IMG/VR virus record: IMGVR_UViG_3300033153_001312
Length of the DNA stretch: 64,000 bases
DNA from: an uncultured virus (IMG/VR IMGVR_UViG_3300033153_001312)
Taxonomy: Duplodnaviria > Heunggongvirae > Uroviricota > Caudoviricetes > Crassvirales
Reading direction: 5' to 3' (one strand)
Both the position numbers and the translations under genes were made by a program. The notes below the pieces were generated by a model. The model did no database searches. It was not told where the DNA came from and saw only the letters and a program-made list of their open reading frames with translations. This document shows, piece after piece, positions 29,172 to 40,167 of the stretch. Position 1 is the stretch's first letter. Each line of letters begins with the position of its first letter.

Positions 29172-30302
29172 TTAGAAGTTAGGTGGAGCAATTCCATATT
29201 TAGTAAGAATATCTTCATATGATGGTGCTGTATAACCAGGGATAAAACCTTGCATCCCTATCTCTGGACCTAATTGTAATTGTGGTCTTAAACTTCCCCC
29301 TGCTGCTAAAATGTCTTGCTGTCTTTGTTGCACACCTGGAGGTAATCCTGCAGGACCAACATTATAAGTTGGCATCATAATTTTTAAATTTTCATCCATT
29401 TCTTCAGTAGTTAAAGGACTCATAGGTCTAATATAACCAGGATTTGGCATTATTGATGCTCTAAATGGAGAGTTAGGGTCTGTAATATATTTTTGAGTTG
29501 TATTAGACATATCAACACCTTTTATCATTTTATCTTCAGTCAACCCACTACTTGTAGGAAGTAGATTAGGTGAGGGTGTAACGGAAATAGGAGTAGTTAA
29601 GTCAGTAACACCTTCTGTTAATATATTTGAACCATCCGAATTAAAAATTATATTACGATATTTATCTGGGTCTAATTGATACATTTCTTTAGTAATCCCC
29701 GCTTTCTCTAATAATGATTTATTAGCATCAAAAACTTTACCTGCCTCTCTTGCAGCTTTATCCATTTTATTTAAAGGTTGCATTTTAGCTGCTGATGACA
29801 ATGCACTTGTTAAAGAATTTATACCACTCATTGTAGCACCCGCAACTGCTTGATCAGTTTGTGCGTCTCTTGCTGCTTTGTCTTGCACTTGTGCAGTTTC
29901 TATTGCTAATAGTTGTTGGTTTATATCTGAAGCTTCTTCTATTTGTTTTTCTTCTATATCTTGCAATCTTCCTTGTTTAGCTATACGAATTGCTTCTGTT
30001 TGTTGTGCTTGAGATGCACCTATTTTTCCTGCTAATGCCGCAACCTCTCTTGGTCCTGCTTCTTGTGCTGCATTAATTAAATCAGCACTAACTTGCATTT
30101 GTTGTTCAAATTGTTGTGCAAATAAATCATTGTTTAGGCTAAGACCATCTGTAAATTTTACTTCAGCTCTGTCTTTTAGTTTTTGCATCTCAGCTGCCGC
30201 TTTACGATTTGCCTCTCTATTATCGTTAGCTAATTTAGCAGCTTGAGCAAAACTCAATCCTGCACCTGCAGCTCCAATCGCTAATGTTGTAACTACTCCC
30301 AT
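29172..30302 (-). CDS. Putative internal virion/ejection protein
   Basis: Hydrophobic Gly/Ala N-terminus and Ala/Gln coiled coil, typical of podovirus core proteins. Confidence 0.55.
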   Translation of the reverse strand: MGVVTTLAIGAAGAGLSFAQAAKLANDNREANRKAAAEMQKLKDRAEVKFTDGLSLNNDLFAQQFEQQMQVSADLINAAQEAGPREVAALAGKIGASQAQQTEAIRIAKQGRLQDIEEKQIEEASDINQQLLAIETAQVQDKAARDAQTDQAVAGATMSGINSLTSALSSAAKMQPLNKMDKAAREAGKVFDANKSLLEKAGITKEMYQLDPDKYRNIIFNSDGSNILTEGVTDLTTPISVTPSPNLLPTSSGLTEDKMIKGVDMSNTTQKYITDPNSPFRASIMPNPGYIRPMSPLTTEEMDENLKIMMPTYNVGPAGLPPGVQQRQQDILAAGGSLRPQLQLGPEIGMQGFIPGYTAPSYEDILTKYGIAPPNF

Positions 30303-30303
30303 T

Positions 30304-30705
30304 TTATAATTTTTTTATCATTTCTGTTGCGTTTGAATCACCCTCTGTATAACCTAACTCTTTATATAAATCTATCAAAGACTTGCTTTTTAAAAGTGAA
30401 TATATATATTTTTTTCCTAATCCTTCAGCTAATGACGTTATAGTTTCTATCAACATTAATAATGCTTCTTTTCTAATTTCTTTATTTTTAAATTTAAAAT
30501 TAGATATAATCCACTCTAATAAAACTACATTAGAGTTAGTCATATAAACATATCCTGCACATATTGGTTCGTCATTATAATAAACCATATAGCCTGTATC
30601 TGGCAAAAAATCTTTTGCAGGAGGTGTCCATCTCCAATCTTTCCACCACTCACATAATACACTTTCATAATCTTTTTCTGTAAGAGGTTTAATATTTAAA
30701 CTCAT
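30304..30705 (-). CDS. GNAT-fold acetyltransferase-like protein
   Basis: LNIKPLTEKDY...PICAGYVY...LYKELGY; position before the ejection genes. Confidence 0.6.
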   Translation of the reverse strand: MSLNIKPLTEKDYESVLCEWWKDWRWTPPAKDFLPDTGYMVYYNDEPICAGYVYMTNSNVVLLEWIISNFKFKNKEIRKEALLMLIETITSLAEGLGKKYIYSLLKSKSLIDLYKELGYTEGDSNATEMIKKL

Positions 30706-30725
30706 ACATACAAAGATAATAAAAT

Positions 30726-31508
30726 CTATGGAAAGCTTTGCATGATACTACTCCCTACAGAAAACAACTCAACAGGTGTTGTAACGCTTGTAGGAAGCTC
30801 TATTTCAAACTGTAAAAAATATCCTCTTGCACCATTAGATTCTACAACAGGATTTTTATAATAAAATAAAAAGTCCCCTATATTTACTGTAGGAATACCT
30901 CCTGTAAACTCTATATCTAACTTATTAATATCTAAATATATATTACTAACAGTTCCAACTAAAGTGTTTACTGTACCATTTTGAACATATACTTGGTCTC
31001 CATAACTAATTATATTTCCTACAGAAACACCAAAAGTAACTTGTATTGTGTTGGGAATTGTTGAAATAGTCACATCTGTTAACTCACCAATACCGTTTGC
31101 TGATCGTAGTTTAAAGTCTAAAGTAGATTCTTTATTTCTAATGTAACTAAACCATTCTCCTTCTTTTTGTTCAAAGTATGTATCTAACATTGAACCTTGA
31201 CTAAGATCAGTAATTAATTCTTTACATTCCCAAGCGTTAGTACTTTCAAAAGAAATAGTTTTAAATACTTTTACAAGTTGTGGTCTTACATTAAATACAC
31301 CTGTTATTGAAGATGCATATTGTGTTCCGTAATAATTATTTCTTAAAGTATTTGTGTTATGACGGTAAAGATTACCTCCATCAAATGAATAGAAGTAACT
31401 ATTCATTCCCATCATATATTCAGGAATAAAAGAATAAAATGAAGGCCATCCTTTAGCACTTTCGCTGTATGATAATGTTTCTTTTATTGATGTGTTTTTT
31501 ATTGCCAT
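30726..31508 (-). CDS. Tail stabilisation/nozzle-like protein, C-terminal part
   Basis: TLSYSESAKGWPSFYSFIP, KVFKTI, KEGEWF, RGYF motifs. Confidence 0.55.
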   Translation of the reverse strand: MAIKNTSIKETLSYSESAKGWPSFYSFIPEYMMGMNSYFYSFDGGNLYRHNTNTLRNNYYGTQYASSITGVFNVRPQLVKVFKTISFESTNAWECKELITDLSQGSMLDTYFEQKEGEWFSYIRNKESTLDFKLRSANGIGELTDVTISTIPNTIQVTFGVSVGNIISYGDQVYVQNGTVNTLVGTVSNIYLDINKLDIEFTGGIPTVNIGDFLFYYKNPVVESNGARGYFLQFEIELPTSVTTPVELFSVGSSIMQSFP

Positions 31509-31523
31509 AATTTTAATTACATA

Positions 31524-31697
31524 TTAACATATTATACAAGGTCCTAAAACCATTAATGATGCGTCCCAATATCTTTTGTAGCCTTGAAAAGCATACCATT
31601 TAGTTGGTGCATAAGTAGTTAAGTTTGCATCAGTAAACATTGCAGTTGCTGTACAAAAAAAATCCCCATCCCAATATATATCTACGTTTGTTGCCAT
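31524..31697 (-). CDS. Small Cys/aromatic-rich protein (57 aa, not in ORF track)
   Basis: MATNVDIYWDGDFFCTATAMFTDANL...LGPCIIC. Confidence 0.65.
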   Translation of the reverse strand: MATNVDIYWDGDFFCTATAMFTDANLTTYAPTKWYAFQGYKRYWDASLMVLGPCIIC

Positions 31698-31700
31698 ATT

Positions 31701-34700
31701 TTAACAGTTTATTGTTTGTCTACCTACACATATTCCATTGACTACTTGCATTACTTCATTTGAATTATTTGCAAATTGATCTTGCATCCAATAGTATCCA
31801 TCAGCTAATAAATTTGTAGGATCACAAGCAGCTGTTCTATACACCGTATTACCTATTATAGGCAGTGGTGTTGCTCCACTATGAGCTACTCCTATTAACG
31901 TGTTGCCTTGCCCTGGTAATTGTTGTAAACAAGCGTTTAAATAACTACTTGCAGGATTTGTTGAACTAATAAAAGGCGTGCATACTCCACTACAATTACA
32001 AGCTGTAGCTTGTACAGTGTCTTCACATACTGTATTACCTACTTTTTTTCTCATATCATATACCAACACAACTTGATTTAAATTACTTCTTCTAATTGTA
32101 TATCCTTCGTTTTGAAAAACAATTGTAGTTGGCACACCACTCACTCCTGTCTGTACTAAATTAGCCGCTACACTTAAAACAGTTCCTACTACACCTGCTG
32201 AAGATGTTACAGAATCACCCACTGAAATTTGTTCGTCAATAAAATTAACACTTAAATCAGCTATATAATTAGCAGGAGCTGTAGATGCATTAGTTCCTGA
32301 AAATGTTGTTCCTGTTAATTTTAAATTTTCTAATTTTCCTTGATATTTATCTCCCGAAACATTTGTTACTGTTAAAGGAGTTTTATTTGTTAAGTCAGCT
32401 AATATTTCGTTACATCCACTAACTAATTGTTTCTGAGTATATGCGTATAATTTATGTCCACGTGCAGGATTCCAAATATACGTGTCTCCAGGTTTTTTAT
32501 CTACAAACATTTTTATTGTAGTCCCTCCATAAGGAATTAATCCCGAAGATGCTATTCCTGAATTTACCTTTGTACTTAATATCCCTGATGCTGCAAAACA
32601 TTCTCTATCTCCCGCCAGTTCAATTATAGCTAACTCTTCATCAATTGGACTATCAAATACTCCATCTGTCCAACTATAACCATAATGAAATTTTCCACCA
32701 CCTGACTGTACTAAAACAAATTGAGTTACTTGCGTTATTGCTCTTGAGGTAATACAAGCAGGAGTTATTGTGTAAGAACATTCTTCCGAAGGTAAAACTG
32801 TAATATCTACAGTAGTAGGATATACTGATGTTTTTTGAACTTTTAAATTACCAACACCAGAAACACTTGATACGCTTGTAGTAACTCCATTAAAAATTGC
32901 TACTATATCTAAAGTTGCTGTAGAAGGTGATAAAACATTATAACCTATATTGAAATCTCCTACAACAGCTCCAACTTCTATACTTATAGAATATGAACTT
33001 GAAGTTTCTGAAGGAGTTAAAACTCTTCCACATGGTGACACTACATTATCTATAGGGATTTCTGTAGTATTAGTTGAAAAAACATATTCATCCATATATG
33101 GATCATACCCCCCTAATTTTTGTGTGTTTAATTGAGATATAAATTTATCTCTAAAATATGAACGCATTCCTTTATCAGAAATTACATTTAAGGTATCTGT
33201 TTTAATTGAACCACCTGAGAGTTGAATAATCGCAGCTCTTTTGGTATCACTGAAATACATATTATTACCCCAAGAAGTAAAACTTTCAGGGTTAAAACTT
33301 ATACCATATTCTTCTATACGTGCTATCTGTTGTCCTAAAACTTCAGGAACTGAAACAATTGCTCCACCTCCTACAGAATCACTAATTAAATTTTTACCTA
33401 ATAACACATAAGATATTCTGTCTTCTTGTAAACATAATATATCAGTTTCTCTTGCATGAAGTTTCATTACAGGACCAAAGTTTGTTTCTAAATCTTTAAA
33501 GTTTGCTAACCCTAAATTAAATTCATTACTATTATTTATACCTGATGATGGATAATAAATACCACTGTATGTTATACTTGCTTTTCTTTCTTGTTTTGCG
33601 TAAGGTTCTGTAGAAATAGCTGTAGTTCTTTGTCCTAAAGCCAACGCTTTTCCTGTTGCAGCATCTTCTATTTTATAACTTTCAGCACCATTATAATATG
33701 TAAAGCAATTAAAATGAGGAAGTTGACTAATAGCAGGAACATTAGCAGAAACAACTTGATTTTGTATTTCTCCCGCATGAGATAAATCTCCATTTATATC
33801 TTCTTTAATATCATACATTTCTGAAGAATCAAAAAATAAATTAGGATCAGCATCAGGTGGAGAGGTTTCAAATATTAATAAGTTGTCTTGACTATAAAAC
33901 TCTATAGACATATCTACATGACAAGGACGTTTATCAACTAAACTACCACCTTGATTAACATTTGCACGTAGTTGTAAAAAGTATCTTTTACGAACTTCTC
34001 CTGTTTGACCAACAGCTTCGTAAAAGGCATATTTTGCTCCAAAACCAGGGATACCTGAAATAGGGATACCTTCTTCAATAGGACCATTTTGACCAACACC
34101 ATTAATAAATGGAGCTGATGGTGGACCATGTAACACATCAATTGGTGTAAAAAGCTGTATTTGCCCATCGTTAGAAGAACCTTGTGCAAATGAAATTATA
34201 TTTTCACCTTTCCACCACTCGTAAAAATTATCATATTTTACAGGACTAACAAAAGATTGTGACCATCTCCAATCTATACTTTCGTCTTTAATCCCTAACC
34301 ACGGATCCCATTCAGTTCTCCAAATTCTAAAGTTAATTTTTATTACTGCACCTTGTGCTACTTCAGCTAAATCATACTCATCAGTCAAAGGATTGTAAAT
34401 TTGAGGTACAGGGTAGTTAAAAAACGGGTCTTTACCAACATTGTCTTCGCTTACGTTTCCAGGGTTTTGGCCAAAATTTATAGAATTTTGAACAGGAACT
34501 CCAAATTCATCTAATTCTTCTCTAACATTAAAATTATTAGGCTTAATACACATATATAATCCTGACAAGCTTATGTCTGTTAATAACTCACCTCGTATTT
34601 TAGGCTCTACTTCTAATACAGTTGCAACAGCTAACTGATCCAATGGTCCTGAAACATCTCTTTTAACAATTAATTGATCACCTTCATTTACTAAAGCCTT

Positions 34701-36935
34701 ATCTTCTCCTTCTAAAGCAAACCAATATAATGATGTGTCATTTGTATCTTGATAAAACCTTCTTATATATATAGTGTCATATGTTCCTCTTGATTGTTTT
34801 AAAACAAACTTATATTTTTTTGCCCAAAAAGGTGGTTTATTATTAACACTAACATTAATTCTGTTTGCTGTTATAGAATTTTCACATGGTATAAAAACTG
34901 TATTTGTTGGACAAACTAATGCTGTAGTAGCACGACCAAATCCATCCATATAAACAATACCTGCCTCGTAATCTCTATTACTGTGTAATGATCTGTTGTT
35001 AAATGTTTGATCTATAACTAACCCACTTGACTGAATAACAGGTCGTAAACTGTAAGATGAAAATAAAGGAGTGTACGGATTAGGATTTCCTGACTGAACA
35101 TCTTCTAAAACAAATCTATAATAATTAAAAATAGAATTAAATCCAGGAGTCATAGATATAGGGTCAAAACGTGTTGCTGGAAAAACAATTCCAAAACAAT
35201 TGTCAACCCCCGAACCACCGCTGGTGCTTGGTATTGGTCCTGTATACTGTAATACTTGATTACTTGCTGATGAGCTTATAGATTCAAAAACAAACTCATA
35301 ATCATCATTAAAACCATTAGCTATTGTTACATTAGATACTTGTTCTAACATAATCCTGTTAAATTGATCCATTAATGTACCCCCCGTAGATGCGTTAGCT
35401 ATTGCAGTTGTAGGGTCTACATATTCACCAACTGCAGTTCTAAAAGAATCATGAGATAACATTTCAGAAATTGAATTAAACTGTTGAGGTGCTGTATAGT
35501 TTAAAGTTAAAGTTATTGGTTGTGTTGCAGTTCCTACCACATATCGTTCATTTGGATTTAAAGCCGAACCATTAAATCCTGTTGTTTCAAAAGCATATAT
35601 CTGCATTTGAAAAACAAATTCAATACCTTGTAATACTGGTAATGGAACATTTGATAAATCAAACATTGCTCTTGAATATGTGGAACAAGTTGAATAAGGA
35701 GGAGGAATTATTGGTCCTGCAACTGTATAACACACAGTGGTATTTGTACCTGTTGATGTTGCATAAGTAAAAGGTGCGTTAATAACTCCCGTGCTTACTT
35801 GTTGAGTAGATAAAGAAGTTTCAAAATCTATCGGAATAGGCTGACCATTTAAAGTAGTAATATCATATCCTTCTGTATAATTACCTAACATAACTCTATT
35901 TCCTTGAACTGTTAGAGCTTTAGCTAATAAAGGAACATTGTCAAATTGTCTTAATAATTCATCAGATCCTAATGTTCCGTAAACTTTATTAGATGTAAAC
36001 GTAAAAGTTTTTATATCATTATCTCCCCATCCTAAATCTGCTTTTATAAATGTTTCTACTATGTATATTACATTAGATGAAGATTCTTTATATAATAACT
36101 GTATTTCTTTAACTTTCTCTGATCCCGTGCTGTATTGTATTTGAGCGGAATTAGCTCTATTTTCCATTCCCTCATTAATCATAGCTTCTGGTTCTATATT
36201 AAAATCTAAGGTGTCAAAAGCTGCTAAAGTAAATAAAGAAGTAGCACTATACTGTTTGTCTTCATATCTATATCTATAAGCAAATGATATAAAACGATCA
36301 GATAAAAAGTTTTCTTCTTGTGAAGCGGTTTTATATAAGGTTACAGAGGGAGCTGCTAAATCAAAAACAGTTTGTCCAAATGTATTTACATAAGAATGAT
36401 ATCCGGGAGGTTTTACAATTAAACTTATATCTTCTTCTGTAAAATTATCATTTAAACCTGTTGGTGTAGGGTAAGCAGTGTTTATATTTATAACTCTTGG
36501 TGGGTTATAATTATCAGTAAAAAATAATAAATCTTCTACTAACTGTACACCTGTTATTAAATATTTTGGATTAAAATTTAAAACACTTACACTTACAACA
36601 TGGTAAGTTAGTAATTGAGATACTGTATTGTAAGATACTATTAAGTTTACAGTTGTACCATTAGGATTGTTGTCGTGGATAAACCAATACATTTGCTCTC
36701 TAATAGCATCTGCATAAGCTCCAATACAAGTAGCATTAGTTGAAAGAGGATTTCCATCATATTCAACTGTAGTTAATTTTGTATTACCTTTTGAATTTTC
36801 AACTGCACCTATATCTGTGGTTTCTGTTGATCCTAAACGTACATTTAAAGCATTTTTATATTCTCCTGGTGGAATTAAGCGTTCATCAACGCTTTTGTTC
36901 ATTCGTCCCGCTATAAAATTAGTAGTAATATCCAT
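31701..36935 (-). CDS. Tail stabilisation/nozzle-like protein (1744 aa)
   Basis: MNKSVDERLIPPGEYKNALN, LLFFTDNYNPPRVIN, FAYRYRY, YGISFNPESF; resembles crAss-related tail proteins. Confidence 0.65.
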   Translation of the reverse strand: MDITTNFIAGRMNKSVDERLIPPGEYKNALNVRLGSTETTDIGAVENSKGNTKLTTVEYDGNPLSTNATCIGAYADAIREQMYWFIHDNNPNGTTVNLIVSYNTVSQLLTYHVVSVSVLNFNPKYLITGVQLVEDLLFFTDNYNPPRVININTAYPTPTGLNDNFTEEDISLIVKPPGYHSYVNTFGQTVFDLAAPSVTLYKTASQEENFLSDRFISFAYRYRYEDKQYSATSLFTLAAFDTLDFNIEPEAMINEGMENRANSAQIQYSTGSEKVKEIQLLYKESSSNVIYIVETFIKADLGWGDNDIKTFTFTSNKVYGTLGSDELLRQFDNVPLLAKALTVQGNRVMLGNYTEGYDITTLNGQPIPIDFETSLSTQQVSTGVINAPFTYATSTGTNTTVCYTVAGPIIPPPYSTCSTYSRAMFDLSNVPLPVLQGIEFVFQMQIYAFETTGFNGSALNPNERYVVGTATQPITLTLNYTAPQQFNSISEMLSHDSFRTAVGEYVDPTTAIANASTGGTLMDQFNRIMLEQVSNVTIANGFNDDYEFVFESISSSASNQVLQYTGPIPSTSGGSGVDNCFGIVFPATRFDPISMTPGFNSIFNYYRFVLEDVQSGNPNPYTPLFSSYSLRPVIQSSGLVIDQTFNNRSLHSNRDYEAGIVYMDGFGRATTALVCPTNTVFIPCENSITANRINVSVNNKPPFWAKKYKFVLKQSRGTYDTIYIRRFYQDTNDTSLYWFALEGEDKALVNEGDQLIVKRDVSGPLDQLAVATVLEVEPKIRGELLTDISLSGLYMCIKPNNFNVREELDEFGVPVQNSINFGQNPGNVSEDNVGKDPFFNYPVPQIYNPLTDEYDLAEVAQGAVIKINFRIWRTEWDPWLGIKDESIDWRWSQSFVSPVKYDNFYEWWKGENIISFAQGSSNDGQIQLFTPIDVLHGPPSAPFINGVGQNGPIEEGIPISGIPGFGAKYAFYEAVGQTGEVRKRYFLQLRANVNQGGSLVDKRPCHVDMSIEFYSQDNLLIFETSPPDADPNLFFDSSEMYDIKEDINGDLSHAGEIQNQVVSANVPAISQLPHFNCFTYYNGAESYKIEDAATGKALALGQRTTAISTEPYAKQERKASITYSGIYYPSSGINNSNEFNLGLANFKDLETNFGPVMKLHARETDILCLQEDRISYVLLGKNLISDSVGGGAIVSVPEVLGQQIARIEEYGISFNPESFTSWGNNMYFSDTKRAAIIQLSGGSIKTDTLNVISDKGMRSYFRDKFISQLNTQKLGGYDPYMDEYVFSTNTTEIPIDNVVSPCGRVLTPSETSSSYSISIEVGAVVGDFNIGYNVLSPSTATLDIVAIFNGVTTSVSSVSGVGNLKVQKTSVYPTTVDITVLPSEECSYTITPACITSRAITQVTQFVLVQSGGGKFHYGYSWTDGVFDSPIDEELAIIELAGDRECFAASGILSTKVNSGIASSGLIPYGGTTIKMFVDKKPGDTYIWNPARGHKLYAYTQKQLVSGCNEILADLTNKTPLTVTNVSGDKYQGKLENLKLTGTTFSGTNASTAPANYIADLSVNFIDEQISVGDSVTSSAGVVGTVLSVAANLVQTGVSGVPTTIVFQNEGYTIRRSNLNQVVLVYDMRKKVGNTVCEDTVQATACNCSGVCTPFISSTNPASSYLNACLQQLPGQGNTLIGVAHSGATPLPIIGNTVYRTAACDPTNLLADGYYWMQDQFANNSNEVMQVVNGICVGRQTINC

Positions 36936-36936
36936 A

Positions 36937-37857
36937 TTATTTCAGCCATTTATCTTTACCTCTCATATTCATTAATAACCTTCCTGGCTGAATATTACTT
37001 AATCTAATTTTTGCATTTCTTAATAATGATGATTTATCTTTTCTTGCTCTATTTACAATATATTCTTGTACTCCTAATTTATTATTTAGAATTGAATATC
37101 TAATATAAGCATAAAGATATTCTTCAAATAATTTATTTACACTTATACTTGTATCATCACCATTATTCATACCATCACTTACATACTCCATAACTACTGA
37201 AGACCCCGACATACCCGAGCTAAAATAAATAGCACCTGATTGTCTGTCAATAGTAAATGTTGGATTTATATTTGCTGTTTCTGTATTTAAACCAAATCTT
37301 TCTCCTACACCCCATGTAAAATACCAATCTCCCTCACAACAATAACCCATTTGACCATGATAGGGACCAGGACCTAAATACAACTTTGATCCTCCACCTT
37401 TTATTCTATCTAAATCTAATTCAGAATTCTGTGGCCTTGTAGCGTTACCTTCTGCATCAAATATAACTTCTGCATTAGCGTCTTGTAAATACGATTGAGC
37501 GTACATTGTTTGTATGTTTTCTACTAAAGGAAATAATACACCATTAGCATACTTGGATATTCTAACATAATTAACATAATCTGGTGGTAAAACAAACCTT
37601 ATTTGAGAGTCTACTGTCATTTGTAGAATCTTAATTTGTTTCATTGCATCGTAGTTTAACTCTTGTATCCCTCTTTTAGCATGAAATATAACTTGATATC
37701 TTTCTATGTTGTTTATTATTTCATTGTTACCTTGATACATTAACATAAAATTAGACACTATGTCATCTAAACCTACATACTGATATGAACCCCAATTTTT
37801 ATCTGTTGGGTTTACACCATTGTTTTCGTAATATTTATAATCAGTAATATATGCCAT
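36937..37857 (-). CDS. Tail ring/adaptor protein
   Basis: LPPDYVNYVRIS; virion block position. Confidence 0.55.
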   Translation of the reverse strand: MAYITDYKYYENNGVNPTDKNWGSYQYVGLDDIVSNFMLMYQGNNEIINNIERYQVIFHAKRGIQELNYDAMKQIKILQMTVDSQIRFVLPPDYVNYVRISKYANGVLFPLVENIQTMYAQSYLQDANAEVIFDAEGNATRPQNSELDLDRIKGGGSKLYLGPGPYHGQMGYCCEGDWYFTWGVGERFGLNTETANINPTFTIDRQSGAIYFSSGMSGSSVVMEYVSDGMNNGDDTSISVNKLFEEYLYAYIRYSILNNKLGVQEYIVNRARKDKSSLLRNAKIRLSNIQPGRLLMNMRGKDKWLK

Positions 37858-37860
37858 CTT

Positions 37861-38829
37861 TTATGATTGTGTTTGTGAATCAATTAAATCTTCTGTTTGT
37901 CCAAATTTATACACCATATCTTCTCTTATCTCAATACCAACATATTGGCAAATTTTTGATATTAAACCAGGTTTGTCTGATTCTGGTAATTCAAAATCTT
38001 GAAAACCAGGTAAGCTTGGATTAAATAATGGTGCTCCTCCGGATATTGTATTGTATGTCCATTGTGGTGCTTTTGGATACCTTACATACTGTGCTTTTAT
38101 TTGCCCTGCATTCATTATTGTTGTTGGATAAACGGTAATAATATTTGCATCTAATACATATGCAGGATACTGATTAGATGGTGTTGTTATTGTAGAGCTT
38201 GTTAAATAAAATATTTTATTTTGACTAACTCTTTCAACTTCTGTTATATTAGCATTATCATAAACAGCATAGCCCTCACCACCCGCAGGAACATTAAATA
38301 TAGATGAAGAAAGAGTTAATTGACTTGTTGTTGGCACAGCTGTTACATATGCTTCAGCTAAAGAAGTTGAATCAGTGTTTACTACTAAAGCACCCGTATT
38401 TGGAAATTGTGCAATATTAAAACCACCAAGAGGAACGAAAGGTGTTCCTGTAGAATTTAATGTATTGGGTAAATTACCTAAACTTGACAAGCCACTAACT
38501 AATAAAGTTGGATAATAAAATACTTTATTAATTAAATAATAATCAGCTGGTAAATTAAAAGTATTTGCATTTGCTTGTGTTAAAAAAACTTGTTTAGAAA
38601 AAGAATCTATAACTTCTACTAATCCTTTTACAATATCTGCATAACCCGTACCTGATTGTCTAACGTTTTCTTTATTTATCCAACTATTATACTGATAAAA
38701 ATAATCTTCATATATATCCAACTGAGCTTGAGTTGCATATAAATTAAAGTCTTGAGGTGATAAATATCCGTAATTATTTTTATTAATAATTGCTAATACT
38801 GTATTCCTCACATCGTCAATCATAGCCAT
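37861..38829 (-). CDS. Tail ring/adaptor protein
   Basis: NKNNYGYLSPQDFN, LPADYY, YVRYPKAP, DFELP. Confidence 0.55.
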   Translation of the reverse strand: MAMIDDVRNTVLAIINKNNYGYLSPQDFNLYATQAQLDIYEDYFYQYNSWINKENVRQSGTGYADIVKGLVEVIDSFSKQVFLTQANANTFNLPADYYLINKVFYYPTLLVSGLSSLGNLPNTLNSTGTPFVPLGGFNIAQFPNTGALVVNTDSTSLAEAYVTAVPTTSQLTLSSSIFNVPAGGEGYAVYDNANITEVERVSQNKIFYLTSSTITTPSNQYPAYVLDANIITVYPTTIMNAGQIKAQYVRYPKAPQWTYNTISGGAPLFNPSLPGFQDFELPESDKPGLISKICQYVGIEIREDMVYKFGQTEDLIDSQTQS

Positions 38830-38862
38830 AGAAAATACTTTTTAATCTTTTACAAATATAGC

Positions 38863-38895
38863 AAAAAAAAAGAGGCTACTTTTTTTGTAGCCTCT
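38863..38895 (-). terminator. Intrinsic terminator
   Basis: AGAGGCTAC/GTAGCCTCT stem with A-run on the left. Confidence 0.75.
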
Positions 38896-38916
38896 CTTAA
38901 ATATTGTGTTATATAG

Positions 38917-40143
38917 TTATCCTACAACTACACTTTCAACAACCACTTGACTGTTTGCAAAGATTGGCATCAGTACACGTGTTACAGCTGGTCCTGGAGG
39001 TTCTGGTAGGTTAACTCCTACAGCTCCTCTAACTAAAGCAGTCTCAATTGCCGAAGCAACAATTCTACCTGTACCTGCATCTGAATGGTTTATTGTAACT
39101 GTATCAGCATTTGCATTTATAGAGTTTAAATACATTACTGTTTTAAAGTTATCTGCACCTCTGTCAACACCTATAATTTGATCAATTTGATACAATTTAT
39201 TAGAAGTTGAAGTTTGGTCGTAAACTTTGTAAGAATCACCGTCTCCAAACATTGCACCTTGAGTTGTACTAAGTCTAAAATCATCAAGAATTGCTGAAAT
39301 AGAACCTGTAACACTATCTGACGTGTTTTCTACTACATCATCTAAAGTAACAGTAGTTGTAAATGATGCTGTTGGATCATAAACTTCTGTAGCTAAAGGA
39401 GTGATAGTAAAATTATCATCAAATTCACCTGCAGCTGCAAAAATATCATTTGTAAGTGTTAATGCGTTTTCATCAATTAAAGCAGCTACAGTAGTGCTTG
39501 TTCCTGCTGTAGTGTTGTCAACTTTATCACCAACTCTTACTTTACGTGATGTAAATGTAGCTCCTGTACTATTTAATTGCTTACCTTTTCTCATGTTCCA
39601 CGTTTCCCCACCTGAAGGAAATATAGCAGCATTACAAGTAACTTGTGTTGCTGATTGAAAAGAAGCAATAGTGCTTACACCTGAAGTACCGCTGTATATT
39701 ACATTACCAACATCGGCAGATGTAAATGATGCACCAGAATCTTTAAGAACTGTTGGTGCAGCCGAGTTATTTACAGATGCAATTACATACGTTGCAGTAC
39801 CACTACCAGTAGTAATAGTACCTGTATCTCCAACTGCATATCCTGCACCTGCTTGTACAATAACTATCGTATTAGTTTGTACAACACCACCTGCTTGTGT
39901 AAATGTTACCGTCATTCCACTTCCATTCCCTGGTTGTGAACCACCTGTAGCGGTAGCTACACCCCCACCAGGAGGAGTAGGATAACCCGTTCCACCTTGA
40001 GGATTAGTTGCTGTAGCTACATTTCCTAAAGAACTGTTAGTACCATTTGCAAGAGTAGTTGACGCTCTGGAATTTATTACCAAATCCATAGTGCCAGAGG
40101 CCGCCTGTGAATTTATAGGTATTTCTAAATATTTAGCTGTCAT
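38917..40143 (-). CDS. Structural/decoration protein with inserted repeats
   Basis: Thr/Gly/Ser-rich; termini resemble the 40168-40530 protein. Confidence 0.55.
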   Translation of the reverse strand: MTAKYLEIPINSQAASGTMDLVINSRASTTLANGTNSSLGNVATATNPQGGTGYPTPPGGGVATATGGSQPGNGSGMTVTFTQAGGVVQTNTIVIVQAGAGYAVGDTGTITTGSGTATYVIASVNNSAAPTVLKDSGASFTSADVGNVIYSGTSGVSTIASFQSATQVTCNAAIFPSGGETWNMRKGKQLNSTGATFTSRKVRVGDKVDNTTAGTSTTVAALIDENALTLTNDIFAAAGEFDDNFTITPLATEVYDPTASFTTTVTLDDVVENTSDSVTGSISAILDDFRLSTTQGAMFGDGDSYKVYDQTSTSNKLYQIDQIIGVDRGADNFKTVMYLNSINANADTVTINHSDAGTGRIVASAIETALVRGAVGVNLPEPPGPAVTRVLMPIFANSQVVVESVVVG

Positions 40144-40167
40144 GTTATCTTATTTTTTTAGTTAATA

